Assembly (NCBI GenBank): GCA_046714175.1
Contig: JBKKBI010000093.1
Coordinates: 1 to 63,319, forward strand
Source: Acidimicrobiia bacterium
GTDB lineage: Bacteria; Actinomycetota; Acidimicrobiia; Spongiisociales; UBA11373
Direction: 5' to 3'
DNA: 63,319 bases
Shown: one piece after another, positions 21,014-30,371 of the stretch
How the letters are laid out: every line of letters begins with the position of its first letter
Numbering within the stretch: the first letter of the stretch is position 1
The notes under the pieces: generated by a model
Told to the model about the DNA's origin: nothing
The model's input: only the letters and a program-made list of their open reading frames with translations
Databases searched by the model: none
Position numbers and translations under genes: made by a program

Positions 21014-22006
21014 GTGTCTCGAGTCGGTCTCGTACTCGGCGGCGGCGGAATCACCGGCGCCGCCTTTCATTTCGGGGCGCTGCTATCGCTGCGCATGGCT
21101 ACGGACTGGAACCCTTCCCGGGCAGAGGTCGTGGTCGGCACCTCCTCAGGAGCAGTGGTAGCCGCCCTGGTTCGTTCCGATCGCCTGGAACTCGACGCCC
21201 TGATCGGCGATGTGCATGGCGCCGCCGAGCTGACCAGCGAGTTGGGCCGGCGCATCTATCAGCGCACCCGCCCCGCCGGGGTGTCCCGGTGGGTGCGGCA
21301 CGGGCTGATTCCCGGGCTGCGCCGACCCGGTATCGGGCTGGCGGTTGGATCACCCGGCCGCTACACGACCGCGGGCATCGCCGATTGGATCCGCGACACG
21401 GTTGGACCTGCCGCCGAAGGATGGCCGGCGGCCCCGACGACCATCGTCGCCTACGAGGTGGAGTCCCGTCGCCGCGTCGCGTTCGGCACCGAGGGCAGCC
21501 CGGACGTCCCCCTCGCCGTCGCGGTCGCGGCATCGGCCGCGGTTCCCGTCGTCTTCGAGCCGGTACTGATCGACGGCCGCCACTACGTCGACGGCGGCGT
21601 CGCCAGCGGGACCAACGCCGACCTTCTGCTCGGATATCCCGCAGCACTGGATCTGGTCATCGTGGTCGCACCGATGGCTTCCCTGGAAGGCCGTCCCGAT
21701 GCCCGCTTCTACGAGGGCTACGTGGACCGCCTCGGCGGTGCCGCCCTCGAGGAAGAGTTGCGCTCCATCGCCACCGCGTGGCCCGGCACAGACATGGTGG
21801 TCCTCCGTCCCGACGCCGCGGTGCTCGCCGCCGGCCGGCCCAACCCTCTCGACCCCGCCGCGGCGCTCCCCTGTTTCCTGGCCACATTGCGGTCGATGCG
21901 CTCGGCGCTCGCCGCACCGGAAGTCTGGCCGTTGCTGGAGAAGCACTTCCCGGGTACCCGACGCCATCGCTCGTGGCTGGGACGGCTGCGGGCGAGTCGC
22001 GCTTGA
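21014..22006 (+). CDS. Patatin-like phospholipase
   Basis: LVLGGGGITG, GTSSG nucleophile, YVDGG. Confidence 0.9.
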   Translation: MSRVGLVLGGGGITGAAFHFGALLSLRMATDWNPSRAEVVVGTSSGAVVAALVRSDRLELDALIGDVHGAAELTSELGRRIYQRTRPAGVSRWVRHGLIPGLRRPGIGLAVGSPGRYTTAGIADWIRDTVGPAAEGWPAAPTTIVAYEVESRRRVAFGTEGSPDVPLAVAVAASAAVPVVFEPVLIDGRHYVDGGVASGTNADLLLGYPAALDLVIVVAPMASLEGRPDARFYEGYVDRLGGAALEEELRSIATAWPGTDMVVLRPDAAVLAAGRPNPLDPAAALPCFLATLRSMRSALAAPEVWPLLEKHFPGTRRHRSWLGRLRASRA

Positions 22007-22015
22007 GTTCCCCGG

Positions 22016-23524
22016 CTACTCGGCCCGGACCCGGACCGTGTGGTGGCCGGTGGCGCCATCGGGCCGCGGCGGGGTGCGCTCCGCGGTCTGGACATACCCG
22101 GTTCCGTCGGTGGCGCGAACGGACATCGTGTGCTCGCCCGGGGTCATGACGGTATCGAGTCGCCATTGCACCCAGGCGTGCGATGACAACGGGACGCTCA
22201 GCTCGCACTCCATCCATTGACCACCGTCCACCGTCAACTCGACCCGGTCTACTCCGTGTATCGGGGCCCAGGCGACACCCGCCACGGTGACGGCACCCGC
22301 GGCGACCCGGCGCCGGGGCAGATCGATTCGGGACTGGGTCTTGATCGGAGCCTCCTTGGCCCAGCCCCGCGGCACCCAGTAACCGTCGTGTCCCTCCCAG
22401 GTGGTGAGCTCGATCTCCGACAGCCACTTGGTCGCCGAGACATACCCGTACACCCCGGGGACGATGAGGCGGGCCGGAAATCCGTGGGCGCCCGGCAGTG
22501 GGTCGCCGTTCATCGCCACCGCAACCAGAGCCTGTCTGCCATCGCTGGCGAGGGTGGTGGGGAACCCGGCGGTGAACCCATCCACGGAACGGCCCACCAC
22601 CTGCCCCGCCCCGGGGTGCACTCCGGCGCGCTCCAACAGGTCGGCCAACCGCACCCCCGCCCAGCGGGCATTGCCCACGAGGTCGCCGCCGACTTCGTTC
22701 GACACACACGCGATGGTGACATGCTCCTCGACCAGTTCCATGGCGAGGAGATCGTCGTATCCCAGGTCGAGAGTGCGATCGACCATCCCGGAAACCTGTA
22801 GCCGCCACCGCCCCAGGTCGACGCGGGGAATCAGCAGAGCGGTGTCGATGCGATAGAACTCCCGGTTGGGAACTTCGACGGGCGTCAGTCCTGTGATGCC
22901 GAACTCGTGCTCGGGGCCGGGCCGCGGCGCCGGATCCGCGATCGGACCGATGGTCACCCCGGGAGCGGGAGCGGGGCGACTGCGCAACAGGCGCCCGCCA
23001 ACACCGGCGGCGAGCGCAAAGGTCGCGGTTCCTCCGGCGAGGGCAAGGAACCGCCGCCGGTCGCCACTACCCGGTACCCCCGCAGCCGGATCATCGTGCG
23101 GAGTGGTGCGGAACAAGGTCAGGACCACGGCGAGTCCGGTGGCTGCGGCGACCGCGGCCGCGGCGAACACCACCGGGGTTTCGGCCCCCGGCTCCTGGCT
23201 TCCCGCCCACCCCCCGAACAGGCCTAGCCCGACGAACACCACGACCGGGATCAGCATCCGATCTCCCGAGATGGAGCCGACCAGCCACCCGATCGCGAGC
23301 GCAATGAGCACCGTCCCGACGGCGAGAGCTGTCTTGTCGCCGGTTCCGAAGTTGGCGACCGCGAAGTCCCGGAGCCACGGTGGCGAGGCATCGACCACGA
23401 TGGCTCCAACCGCCGCCAGCGGCGAGGGGAGAGCGAACAGTCCGGCGAGCAACTCCCCCACCCCGAGCGCCGCACCCGCGCCGACCGCGCCGGCAATACC
23501 CCCGCGGACGCGCTCCCAGGCCAT
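22016..23524 (-). CDS. Membrane-anchored molybdopterin oxidoreductase (sulfite oxidase family)
   Basis: N-terminal TMs, IACVSN, HGFPARLIVPGVYGYVSATKW, C-terminal Ig-like dimer domain. Confidence 0.92.
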   Translation of the reverse strand: MAWERVRGGIAGAVGAGAALGVGELLAGLFALPSPLAAVGAIVVDASPPWLRDFAVANFGTGDKTALAVGTVLIALAIGWLVGSISGDRMLIPVVVFVGLGLFGGWAGSQEPGAETPVVFAAAAVAAATGLAVVLTLFRTTPHDDPAAGVPGSGDRRRFLALAGGTATFALAAGVGGRLLRSRPAPAPGVTIGPIADPAPRPGPEHEFGITGLTPVEVPNREFYRIDTALLIPRVDLGRWRLQVSGMVDRTLDLGYDDLLAMELVEEHVTIACVSNEVGGDLVGNARWAGVRLADLLERAGVHPGAGQVVGRSVDGFTAGFPTTLASDGRQALVAVAMNGDPLPGAHGFPARLIVPGVYGYVSATKWLSEIELTTWEGHDGYWVPRGWAKEAPIKTQSRIDLPRRRVAAGAVTVAGVAWAPIHGVDRVELTVDGGQWMECELSVPLSSHAWVQWRLDTVMTPGEHTMSVRATDGTGYVQTAERTPPRPDGATGHHTVRVRAE

Positions 23525-23625
23525 GGGGTCTCAACGCCGGACCGACCGGTGCCGTTCCCATTCGCCCGGTAGTGTCGGCCCGTGGCGCAGCGACCGGGGA
23601 TGGATCGACCACCCCGCCTTCACCA

Positions 23626-24057
23626 GTGACCCGTCGCCCGCTCGCCCGCCTCGGCGCGGCCGCCATCCTCGCCATCCAGCTGCTGCTCATCGTGCGCGCC
23701 TATTCGGCGCCCATCGACACCTTCGGGTTTCAGATGTTCCCCGAGTCGTCGCAGTGGGAGGCCGACATCGTCCGGGTGCTGCGGGACGGAAGCCGGATCG
23801 ATATCGCCGAGCCGTGGCCCGGCGGCTATCGATGGGACATGCTGGTGGACGCCCGCGGTCTCGGCTCACCGCGCGGGCTGCACCACGCCGACGCCGGTCT
23901 CGACGCCACCCTGCACCTGCTCCAGGCCTCCCTCGACTGGGTGGCCGGACACACTCCCGCCGACACCGAGACGGTGCGTCTCGAGGCGACGGTCACCGTG
24001 GTCCACAACGGCCGCAGCCCCACGACGCGGCTCCTGGTGAGCGAGACCCGCGGGTGA
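23626..24057 (+). CDS. Hypothetical exported protein (partner of HTTM protein)
   Basis: GTG start, N-terminal hydrophobic helix, FGFQMFPE; GTGA overlap with next gene. Confidence 0.65.
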   Translation: MTRRPLARLGAAAILAIQLLLIVRAYSAPIDTFGFQMFPESSQWEADIVRVLRDGSRIDIAEPWPGGYRWDMLVDARGLGSPRGLHHADAGLDATLHLLQASLDWVAGHTPADTETVRLEATVTVVHNGRSPTTRLLVSETRG

Positions 24058-25136
24058 ACTGGAACGCCCGGCTCGATGATCCGATCGACCCCCGCCCCCT
24101 GCTCCCCTTGAGAGTCGCGGTGGGACCGCTGGTGCTGCTCCACCTGATGCCCTTCCTCGATCGGGCGGCGGCGGGGGTGATCTACCGCGACCGGTTCTGG
24201 CTCCCCTACGCCGATTGGTATCCCCACCTGCCCCGGGCGCTCTATGTGGCTCTGCTGTGGTCCATCGTCGCCGCCGGATTCATGGTGTCCGTCGGGCTGC
24301 TCACCAGGATCGGCGCGTGGTACAGCGCCGGCGGCGTCGCCTACAACCTCTTTCTCAGCCAGACCCACTTCCATCACAACCGCGCCTTTCTCCTCATCCT
24401 GCTCATTGCAATGGCGGTGCTTCCCGTAGGGACCACGGTGTCGCTCGACCGCCGGTGGCGCACCCCGGTGGTGCTGGCCCGCGGGGGCGGTCGCCGCCTG
24501 GCACTGACCGTGCTCCGGGTCGAGATCGCCCTCGTCTATCTGGCGTCGGGATTCTCCAAACTCATCGACCCCGACTGGTGGGGAGGCACCGTGACCCGCT
24601 TGCGCATCGTCGCCGGCCAAGACCGCCTCGGGGGGATCCCGGACGCGATTCTCGAGGCGGTGCTCGAACCCGGGTTCCACCGTTGGGCGGCGAAGGGGAT
24701 CGTGCTCACCGAGATCTTCATCGGCGCCGGTCTCCTGTGGCGCCGCACCCGCCTCGGAGCCATCTGGATGGCGATCCTGTTCCATCTCGCCATCGAGGCC
24801 ACGGCCGACGTGCAGGTGTTCTCGATCGCGGCATTGGTGGCACTGGTCGTGTGGGTCTCGCCCACGTCACGCGACCGCAGTGTCACGGTGCCCAGGCGCT
24901 GGCAGGGGGCACTGGTACGCGCCCTGGATTGGACCGGGCGGTTCGTCGTCATCGTTGCCCCGGGCAGCAGCGGCATCGCCGTGACCGACCGCGACGGCCG
25001 CCGTCGCCGCGGGGGCGCCGCCGCCTGGTTTGCCGCAACTCGCCTCCCCATCGCCTTCCCGATCGCCGCCCCCAAGCTGCTGGGGCGGAACCGACGCGCC
25101 TACGCTGCGGCCGGAACAGAGAGAGGAGTCCCGTGA
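24054..25136 (+). CDS. HTTM domain membrane protein (vitamin K-dependent gamma-carboxylase/SdpB-like)
   Basis: VGLLTR, FHHNRAFL, VYLASGFSKLIDPDWWGG, FHLAI. Confidence 0.8.
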   Translation: MNWNARLDDPIDPRPLLPLRVAVGPLVLLHLMPFLDRAAAGVIYRDRFWLPYADWYPHLPRALYVALLWSIVAAGFMVSVGLLTRIGAWYSAGGVAYNLFLSQTHFHHNRAFLLILLIAMAVLPVGTTVSLDRRWRTPVVLARGGGRRLALTVLRVEIALVYLASGFSKLIDPDWWGGTVTRLRIVAGQDRLGGIPDAILEAVLEPGFHRWAAKGIVLTEIFIGAGLLWRRTRLGAIWMAILFHLAIEATADVQVFSIAALVALVVWVSPTSRDRSVTVPRRWQGALVRALDWTGRFVVIVAPGSSGIAVTDRDGRRRRGGAAAWFAATRLPIAFPIAAPKLLGRNRRAYAAAGTERGVP

Positions 25137-25423
25137 TCGAGCCGACACCGCTGTGGCAGACACGGCGGTTCCGCATTGGGGTCCTGGTGGCCGCGATCGC
25201 GGTGCTGGCTCTGGTACTGATCCTGCAGAACTTCGACACCACCGAGGTCCAGTTCTACTTCTGGCGCGCCGAGGCCCCTCTCGCCATTGTGATCTTTACC
25301 TCGATGCTCGCGGGCGCCGGCCTCCAAATGTTGATCAAGACGATGCTGCGCCGCCGCAAGCGGGTACGCCAGGCCGGACGCGAACCCGCCAACCCGGGCG
25401 GCATTGCCGACGAAGCGCCCTAG
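25133..25423 (+). CDS. LapA/DUF1049 family membrane protein
   Basis: LILQNFDTTEVQFYFWRAEAPLAIVI. Confidence 0.8.
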   Translation: MIEPTPLWQTRRFRIGVLVAAIAVLALVLILQNFDTTEVQFYFWRAEAPLAIVIFTSMLAGAGLQMLIKTMLRRRKRVRQAGREPANPGGIADEAP

Positions 25424-25445
25424 AGCGGCAACGGATCGGCCGCTC

Positions 25446-25919
25446 TCAGTTGTAGCGCGGACCCTGGTAGGTGTTCGGCTTGCGCCCGGTCAGCTCCGGC
25501 GGGCCCCATGTGTCGTGGTACCAGATGTTGCGCAGCATGAGACGAGCCTGTTCGATCCAGTTGCTGAGGGTGGCCGCGCGGGGCGTCTTCTTGGCCATCC
25601 GCTCGATCGCCGCCGCGATTTCCACCTCTCCGGCGAGCTCCATCGGGTTGCGCGTGCTGAGGTCCACCACCCCGGCCACCCCTGCCCGCAGCAGCAGCCG
25701 GGCGTAATCGTCGTCGATCCCTTTGATCCGTATCAGGTCGGCGCGGTGCACCCAGTCCGCGATACGGCGGGATCCGATCTTGGTCGCGGCGGCGAGCTCG
25801 GCACGCCCATCGGGGGTGCTCCCCTTCCTCAGCAAGGCATCGGTGTCTTTGATCCCGGCCTTGATCAGGCGGGCAACCTGCTTGTCGCCGATCCCTATCA
25901 GCTTCTCGAGCTTCGCCAT
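25446..25919 (-). CDS. DUF4332-like HhH protein
   Basis: LIGIG...ADLIRIKGIDDDYARLLLRAGV...WIEQAR; GGAG RBS. Confidence 0.8.
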   Translation of the reverse strand: MAKLEKLIGIGDKQVARLIKAGIKDTDALLRKGSTPDGRAELAAATKIGSRRIADWVHRADLIRIKGIDDDYARLLLRAGVAGVVDLSTRNPMELAGEVEIAAAIERMAKKTPRAATLSNWIEQARLMLRNIWYHDTWGPPELTGRKPNTYQGPRYN

Positions 25920-26213
25920 GCGGTCTCCTCGGGTCGTACCTGCAAAGTTACCAACCCGCACCGGGCCTGTCGCTTCAGACCGCCCAGCGCTGCTGGTCGG
26001 GAGGTGGTTCGTCATCGGCGAAGCGGGTCACCCGGTGAGTGTCGAGATTGACGACGCCCACAGCGGTGAAGGGGCCGTCGCCACCCCAGAGTTCGGCCAC
26101 CCCGACCGCGCGTGCCAGGTCGTGGCTGCAGCGCCCGTTCTCACAACCTCGGAAAAGTGCGGCCTCGGAGTGATCCACCCCGCAGCCATCGGCCGCTCCA
26201 TGGCGGTCCTTGA

Positions 26214-26564
26214 CTAGTACCCGAGCTCGTCGAGGCGCTCGTCGTCGATGCCGAGGTGGTGGGCCACCTCGTGCAGCACCGTCTTGCGGATCTGAGCCTG
26301 AAGCCGGCTCGGCGGGAGGCGCAATTCGAGGTGGGAGCCCATGAACAGCGTGATCCGGTCAGGGAGGAAACCCGAGTAGCCCGAAGCGCGATCGTGGAGG
26401 TTCACACCTTCGTAAAGGCCAAGCAACCCGCTGCCACCGGGATCCTGGGCCGGAGTGGGCCACTCCTCCACCACCACGTGGAGATTGTCGAGAACCGCGG
26501 TGACCCAGGGAGGGAGATCCTCCAATGCCGCATCGACGAGTTGCTCGAACTCCGACCGCTTCAT
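26214..26564 (-). CDS. Zincin-like metallopeptidase (DUF1025/Zincin_1)
   Basis: LLGLYEG, PDRITLF, HEVAHHLGIDDERLDELGY. Confidence 0.92.
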   Translation of the reverse strand: MKRSEFEQLVDAALEDLPPWVTAVLDNLHVVVEEWPTPAQDPGGSGLLGLYEGVNLHDRASGYSGFLPDRITLFMGSHLELRLPPSRLQAQIRKTVLHEVAHHLGIDDERLDELGY

Positions 26565-26600
26565 CGGGGGCAGGATACGGGGGTTAGAATTGCCCCCTTC

Positions 26601-26675
26601 GGGCGCTTAGCTCAGCGGGAGAGCGCTGCCTTCACACGGCAGAGGCCACTGGTTCAATCCCAGTAGCGCCCACCA
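26601..26675 (+). tRNA. tRNA-Val(CAC)
   Basis: Cloverleaf GGGCGCT...CTGCC-TT-CAC-AC-GGCAG...GGTTCAATCC...CCA; TAGAAT -10 at 26585-26590. Confidence 0.97.
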
Positions 26676-26702
26676 CACGAATCCCCCGGGCCCGCTGGTC
26701 TC

Positions 26703-27101
26703 TCACTCGCTCACGGTGTCGCCATGGCGGTGGGCTACCTTCCACATACCCTCCTCAAGCCGGTACACCTGCGTAGCCCGCAAGGTGTAGCTCCGCGGCT
26801 GACCGTCGACGAAGCACGAGGTGTGCTCAAGGCCAGCGGTGTAAGCAATGTCGCCAACCACGTCGTACGCCAGCAGTTCGAACACATGCGACGTGCAATT
26901 GGAAAAGGCCCCCTCGAGGTAAGAGAAGAGTTCGTCGAGCTCACGCCGTCCAAGGGCATTGCGCCACGCACCTAAAACACTCACTGGTTCGTTGCGTGAC
27001 CAGAGCGCACGACGTGGGCCTGCGTCGCCGTTGTGGAGGGCAACCTCGGCTTCGTACAGCGCGGTATTGACCCAGCGTAGAAAGTCGTCGCGGTCGGTCA
27101 T
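26703..27101 (-). CDS. SnoaL/NTF2-like family protein
   Basis: GDIAYTAGLE, LRATQVYR, WKVAHRHGD. Confidence 0.88.
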   Translation of the reverse strand: MTDRDDFLRWVNTALYEAEVALHNGDAGPRRALWSRNEPVSVLGAWRNALGRRELDELFSYLEGAFSNCTSHVFELLAYDVVGDIAYTAGLEHTSCFVDGQPRSYTLRATQVYRLEEGMWKVAHRHGDTVSE

Positions 27102-27182
27102 ACCGCCAGCATGCTAAAGCCCGCTCTAACGAACGGTCTGGCAGGGATGGCATCGGCCTACCGCGGCGACGCGACCGGATGC

Positions 27183-27698
27183 TTACGCCTGTACCGGCCG
27201 TGGTCGGCTGACTCCGATGCCTCCCGGAGTGTCCGCCCCATAGCGGGCGACCTCGGCCTCGAGGTCGAGTCGCCGCGATTGCGGAACCATGTCCGGGGTG
27301 ATGAGGTCTGCCGGGACCAGCCACGACACCTCGAATTCGAGACCGTCGGGATCGCGTCCGTACAGCGCCTTGGTCGTTCCGTGATCGGTGGCGCCCACCA
27401 TCGCGTTCTCCGCATTGAGCCTTCCGGCAATGGTGGCTAAATCCGTCAGGGTGTCTACCTCCCATGCCAGGTGGTACAGGCCGACCGCGCCGCGGCCCGC
27501 CAGCGAGGCGGCGGCGGCCTCACCGATCGAGAACAACCCCAGATCGTGGTCGTTGGTGGACGCTTCGGCCCGCATGAACACTGCACCGGGAAACTCGAAC
27601 GGGAGGCGCCTGAAACCGAGCACCCGGGAGTAGAAGTCCGCCGAACGCTCGGAGTCGCGGACATAGAGCACCGCGTGATTGAGCCGATGGACCGCCAT
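27183..27698 (-). CDS. VOC/glyoxalase family protein
   Basis: LNHAVLYVRD, LYHLAWEV, YGRDPDGLEFEV. Confidence 0.92.
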   Translation of the reverse strand: MAVHRLNHAVLYVRDSERSADFYSRVLGFRRLPFEFPGAVFMRAEASTNDHDLGLFSIGEAAAASLAGRGAVGLYHLAWEVDTLTDLATIAGRLNAENAMVGATDHGTTKALYGRDPDGLEFEVSWLVPADLITPDMVPQSRRLDLEAEVARYGADTPGGIGVSRPRPVQA

Positions 27699-27894
27699 TC
27701 ACATCCTCCATGATCGACATGAGAGCCTCAGCACACAGGGCGCGGCACTCACCAAGTCGGCCGGCCGAGCCCATTCGCTAACGCTCTGAACCGGGAGCGA
27801 GAATCTTTATTCCCGGGCGCAGCCCCACGGCGCCGAGGCGGATTGGGACGCATTCCGCCCCCGCCGGATACAGTCCCACCCGGAGGATCCAAAC

Positions 27895-29607
27895 CTGAGC
27901 ACCGAACCCGAGATCGCGGTCACCAAAAACGGGCCTTACGAGGTCACCGGTGCCTTGCCGATCATTCCCAAACGCATCGTCCGCTCCGAGGCAGGGGATC
28001 CCGTCGCCTGGGCCACCGACTCCGAGCTGGCCCACCCCACCCCCACGTGGTTGTGTCGCTGCGGCCATTCCGAGAACAAGCCCTTCTGCGACGGCCACCA
28101 CAAGACGGTGGGCTTCATCGGCACCGAAACCGACGACAACGTTCCCTACGCCGAACGGCGCAAGACGCACGCCGGAACTGGAATCACGGTGCACCGGGTT
28201 GGCGCCCTGTGTGCCAAGTCCAGGTTTTGCGCCAACCAGATCACCGACTGGTATCAGCTGCTGGCGAAGAGCGACGACGTCAACGCCCGCACCGAAGTCG
28301 CCGCCATGGTGCAGCACTGTCCCTCCGGGACCCTGGTCCTCGAGATCGACGGCGAGATCCTCGAGCCCGACCTCCGCCGCGCCATATCTCCGATCGAAGA
28401 CGGACCGTACTGGATCACCGGCGGTGTCTCCGTGGTGCGCAGCGATGGCGTCGCCCTGGAGGTACGCAACCGGATGGCGCTGTGCCGGTGCGGCGAATCA
28501 TCCAACAAACCGTTTTGCGATGGCACCCATCACCGGATCGGCTTTCGTACGAAGAACCAGACTCCGGTGGCGGAGGCGCCGCCGCCGGCAGCCACAGAGC
28601 GCCGCGGGGTTCCGGCGTATCGGCGGCTCGTGGTCGGGGTACACGATGCCACCGCCGAAAGCACCTACCGGGCCGCAGCCATGGTGGCCGACGCCGCGGG
28701 CTCGGAGATCACGCTGGTGCACGCCGCCCGATCCGGGCCGGCTGCGACCGCGATCCTCGAGGAAGCGCGGCAGCGTGCCATCGCCGCTGGTATTGCCCCG
28801 GACCGCACCAGCATCACCGCCGAGCCGGGCGACCCGCACTCAGCGATGCACGAGGCAGCGCGCAAGATGGATGCCGGACTGATCGTGGTCGGGCGTGGCG
28901 GCGACGTGCTGGCCCGGCTTCCGGCGCGGGTCTCGCACCGGTCACCAAGCGACGTCCTGGTGGTCGCCCGCTCCGCCGGGGACAGGGCGCGCCACTATCG
29001 CAAGATCCTGATCGCCACCGACGGATCCAAGACCGCCGACCGTTCCGCCCGACGGGGCTACGACCTGGCCCGTGCCCTCGATGCCACTGTGGAGCTGGTG
29101 TTCGTGGGGCATCCCGCCACCGGCGACCTGATCCTCGCCGACACGATGGCCGTGACCGCGGGAGAGGTGCGCACCATCCCGCGGCTGTTGCGGGGAGAGC
29201 CGGCCACGCTGATCCTGGAGCGGGCGGAGGCGGCCGATGCCGATCTGATCGTGGTGGGCAACAAGGGAATGACCGGGTTACGGATCCGGGCGGGCACGTC
29301 GGTTCCGGGTGAGGTGCTCAAGGGGGCGCGCTGCGACGTGCTGCTGTGTCGCACGGTCACTCAGCGCGAGGCGGAGCTGGAGCCGGGCGACGGCGGCGTC
29401 ATCGAACGGGACGGAGAACCGGTGGCGGCATGGATGGATCACGACGGGGAGCTGCACCTCATGTCCGCCAAGTGCACACACCTGGGATGCACCGTGGCAT
29501 GGAACCCGGGCGCCGCGACCTTCGACTGCCCCTGCCATGGTTCCCGCTTCAATCCGGATGGCACCGTTCTCGCCGGCCCTGCGGCCAGCCCCCTGCCCCC
29601 GCTCTAG
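27895..29607 (+). CDS. Multidomain Fe-S protein: CDGSH + ferredoxin-like + CDGSH + 2x USP + Rieske (probable CTG start)
   Basis: CRCGHSENKPFCDGHH; CAKSRFC...CPSG; CRCGESSNKPFCDGTH; two USP domains (LVVGVH...LIVVG, ILIATDGS...LIVVGNKG); CTHLGC...CPCHGS. Confidence 0.88.
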   Translation: MSTEPEIAVTKNGPYEVTGALPIIPKRIVRSEAGDPVAWATDSELAHPTPTWLCRCGHSENKPFCDGHHKTVGFIGTETDDNVPYAERRKTHAGTGITVHRVGALCAKSRFCANQITDWYQLLAKSDDVNARTEVAAMVQHCPSGTLVLEIDGEILEPDLRRAISPIEDGPYWITGGVSVVRSDGVALEVRNRMALCRCGESSNKPFCDGTHHRIGFRTKNQTPVAEAPPPAATERRGVPAYRRLVVGVHDATAESTYRAAAMVADAAGSEITLVHAARSGPAATAILEEARQRAIAAGIAPDRTSITAEPGDPHSAMHEAARKMDAGLIVVGRGGDVLARLPARVSHRSPSDVLVVARSAGDRARHYRKILIATDGSKTADRSARRGYDLARALDATVELVFVGHPATGDLILADTMAVTAGEVRTIPRLLRGEPATLILERAEAADADLIVVGNKGMTGLRIRAGTSVPGEVLKGARCDVLLCRTVTQREAELEPGDGGVIERDGEPVAAWMDHDGELHLMSAKCTHLGCTVAWNPGAATFDCPCHGSRFNPDGTVLAGPAASPLPPL

Positions 29608-30353
29608 CCGGGCAGCTGCCCGACGTAGCGGGCCACTGCTGCAAGCTCCTCGGGGCTCAACTCGATGTCGGACATCGCAGCGACGGTTTGCAGGGCAGTG
29701 GCGATGTCCTCCGCGGTCCGGCCGGCAATGCGGGGAGCAAACCCACTGCCCTCGCCGTCGACCCCGTGGCAGTTGATGCACCCCACCGTCACCTCGTAGA
29801 TCTCCCTACCTCGCGCCAACAACTCCGCGTCCCCGGCGAGGGTGGTCGTGGTCGGTGGGGGTCGGTCCGGCCCGGCACCCAAGCCGGGCTGGAAGATCAT
29901 CAAGTACAGCATCGCGGCGAGACCAGCCACCCCGATCACGGTTATCAGATGCGGCCGCCCTGAACGCAGGATCTCTGCCAGTTCCTCGTCGGAGATCCGG
30001 GGAATGCCAGTGGGGCGGATCTCACAGGCGGTGCGAAGCCGGGTCGTAAACGGCTTGGCCACCGCCAGCATGAGACCAGTGATCGTGGCGAGCAGAACGA
30101 GCGCCGCCCAGTACCACCGCTCCCCGAACAACGACGTGCGCAGCGCCCCCATGGCCAGTCCGGTGACGACGATGGCGACCAGCGAAACGTACATCGCCGA
30201 GGCGGTGCGGCCGGAGAAGTCGAGCACCGCGAGGAGGCGGCGACGATCGCGCTCGCGACGGGCGACATACAGCACCGCGATCGATGCGCCGTGCACCGCC
30301 AAGAACGCGAGCGCCGCGGCGACATGGAGATACCTGAGCCACTGATAGGTCAT
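29604..30353 (-). CDS. DUF2269-like membrane protein fused to C-terminal c-type cytochrome
   Basis: LRYLHVAAA N-terminus, 4 TM ending LMIFQP, then CINCHG and distal Met. Confidence 0.75.
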   Translation of the reverse strand: MTYQWLRYLHVAAALAFLAVHGASIAVLYVARRERDRRRLLAVLDFSGRTASAMYVSLVAIVVTGLAMGALRTSLFGERWYWAALVLLATITGLMLAVAKPFTTRLRTACEIRPTGIPRISDEELAEILRSGRPHLITVIGVAGLAAMLYLMIFQPGLGAGPDRPPPTTTTLAGDAELLARGREIYEVTVGCINCHGVDGEGSGFAPRIAGRTAEDIATALQTVAAMSDIELSPEELAAVARYVGQLPG

Positions 30354-30371
30354 GTCAGCACCTCAATAGCC

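Noticed and set aside
22866-24053. 756-aa ORF 22866-25136 and other long shadow ORFs
   Set aside because: High-GC antisense or overlap artefacts; the real HTTM gene starts at about 24054
25975-26200. Small ORF(s) between DUF4332 and zincin genes
   Set aside because: Two competing short frames with no motif; cannot be supported
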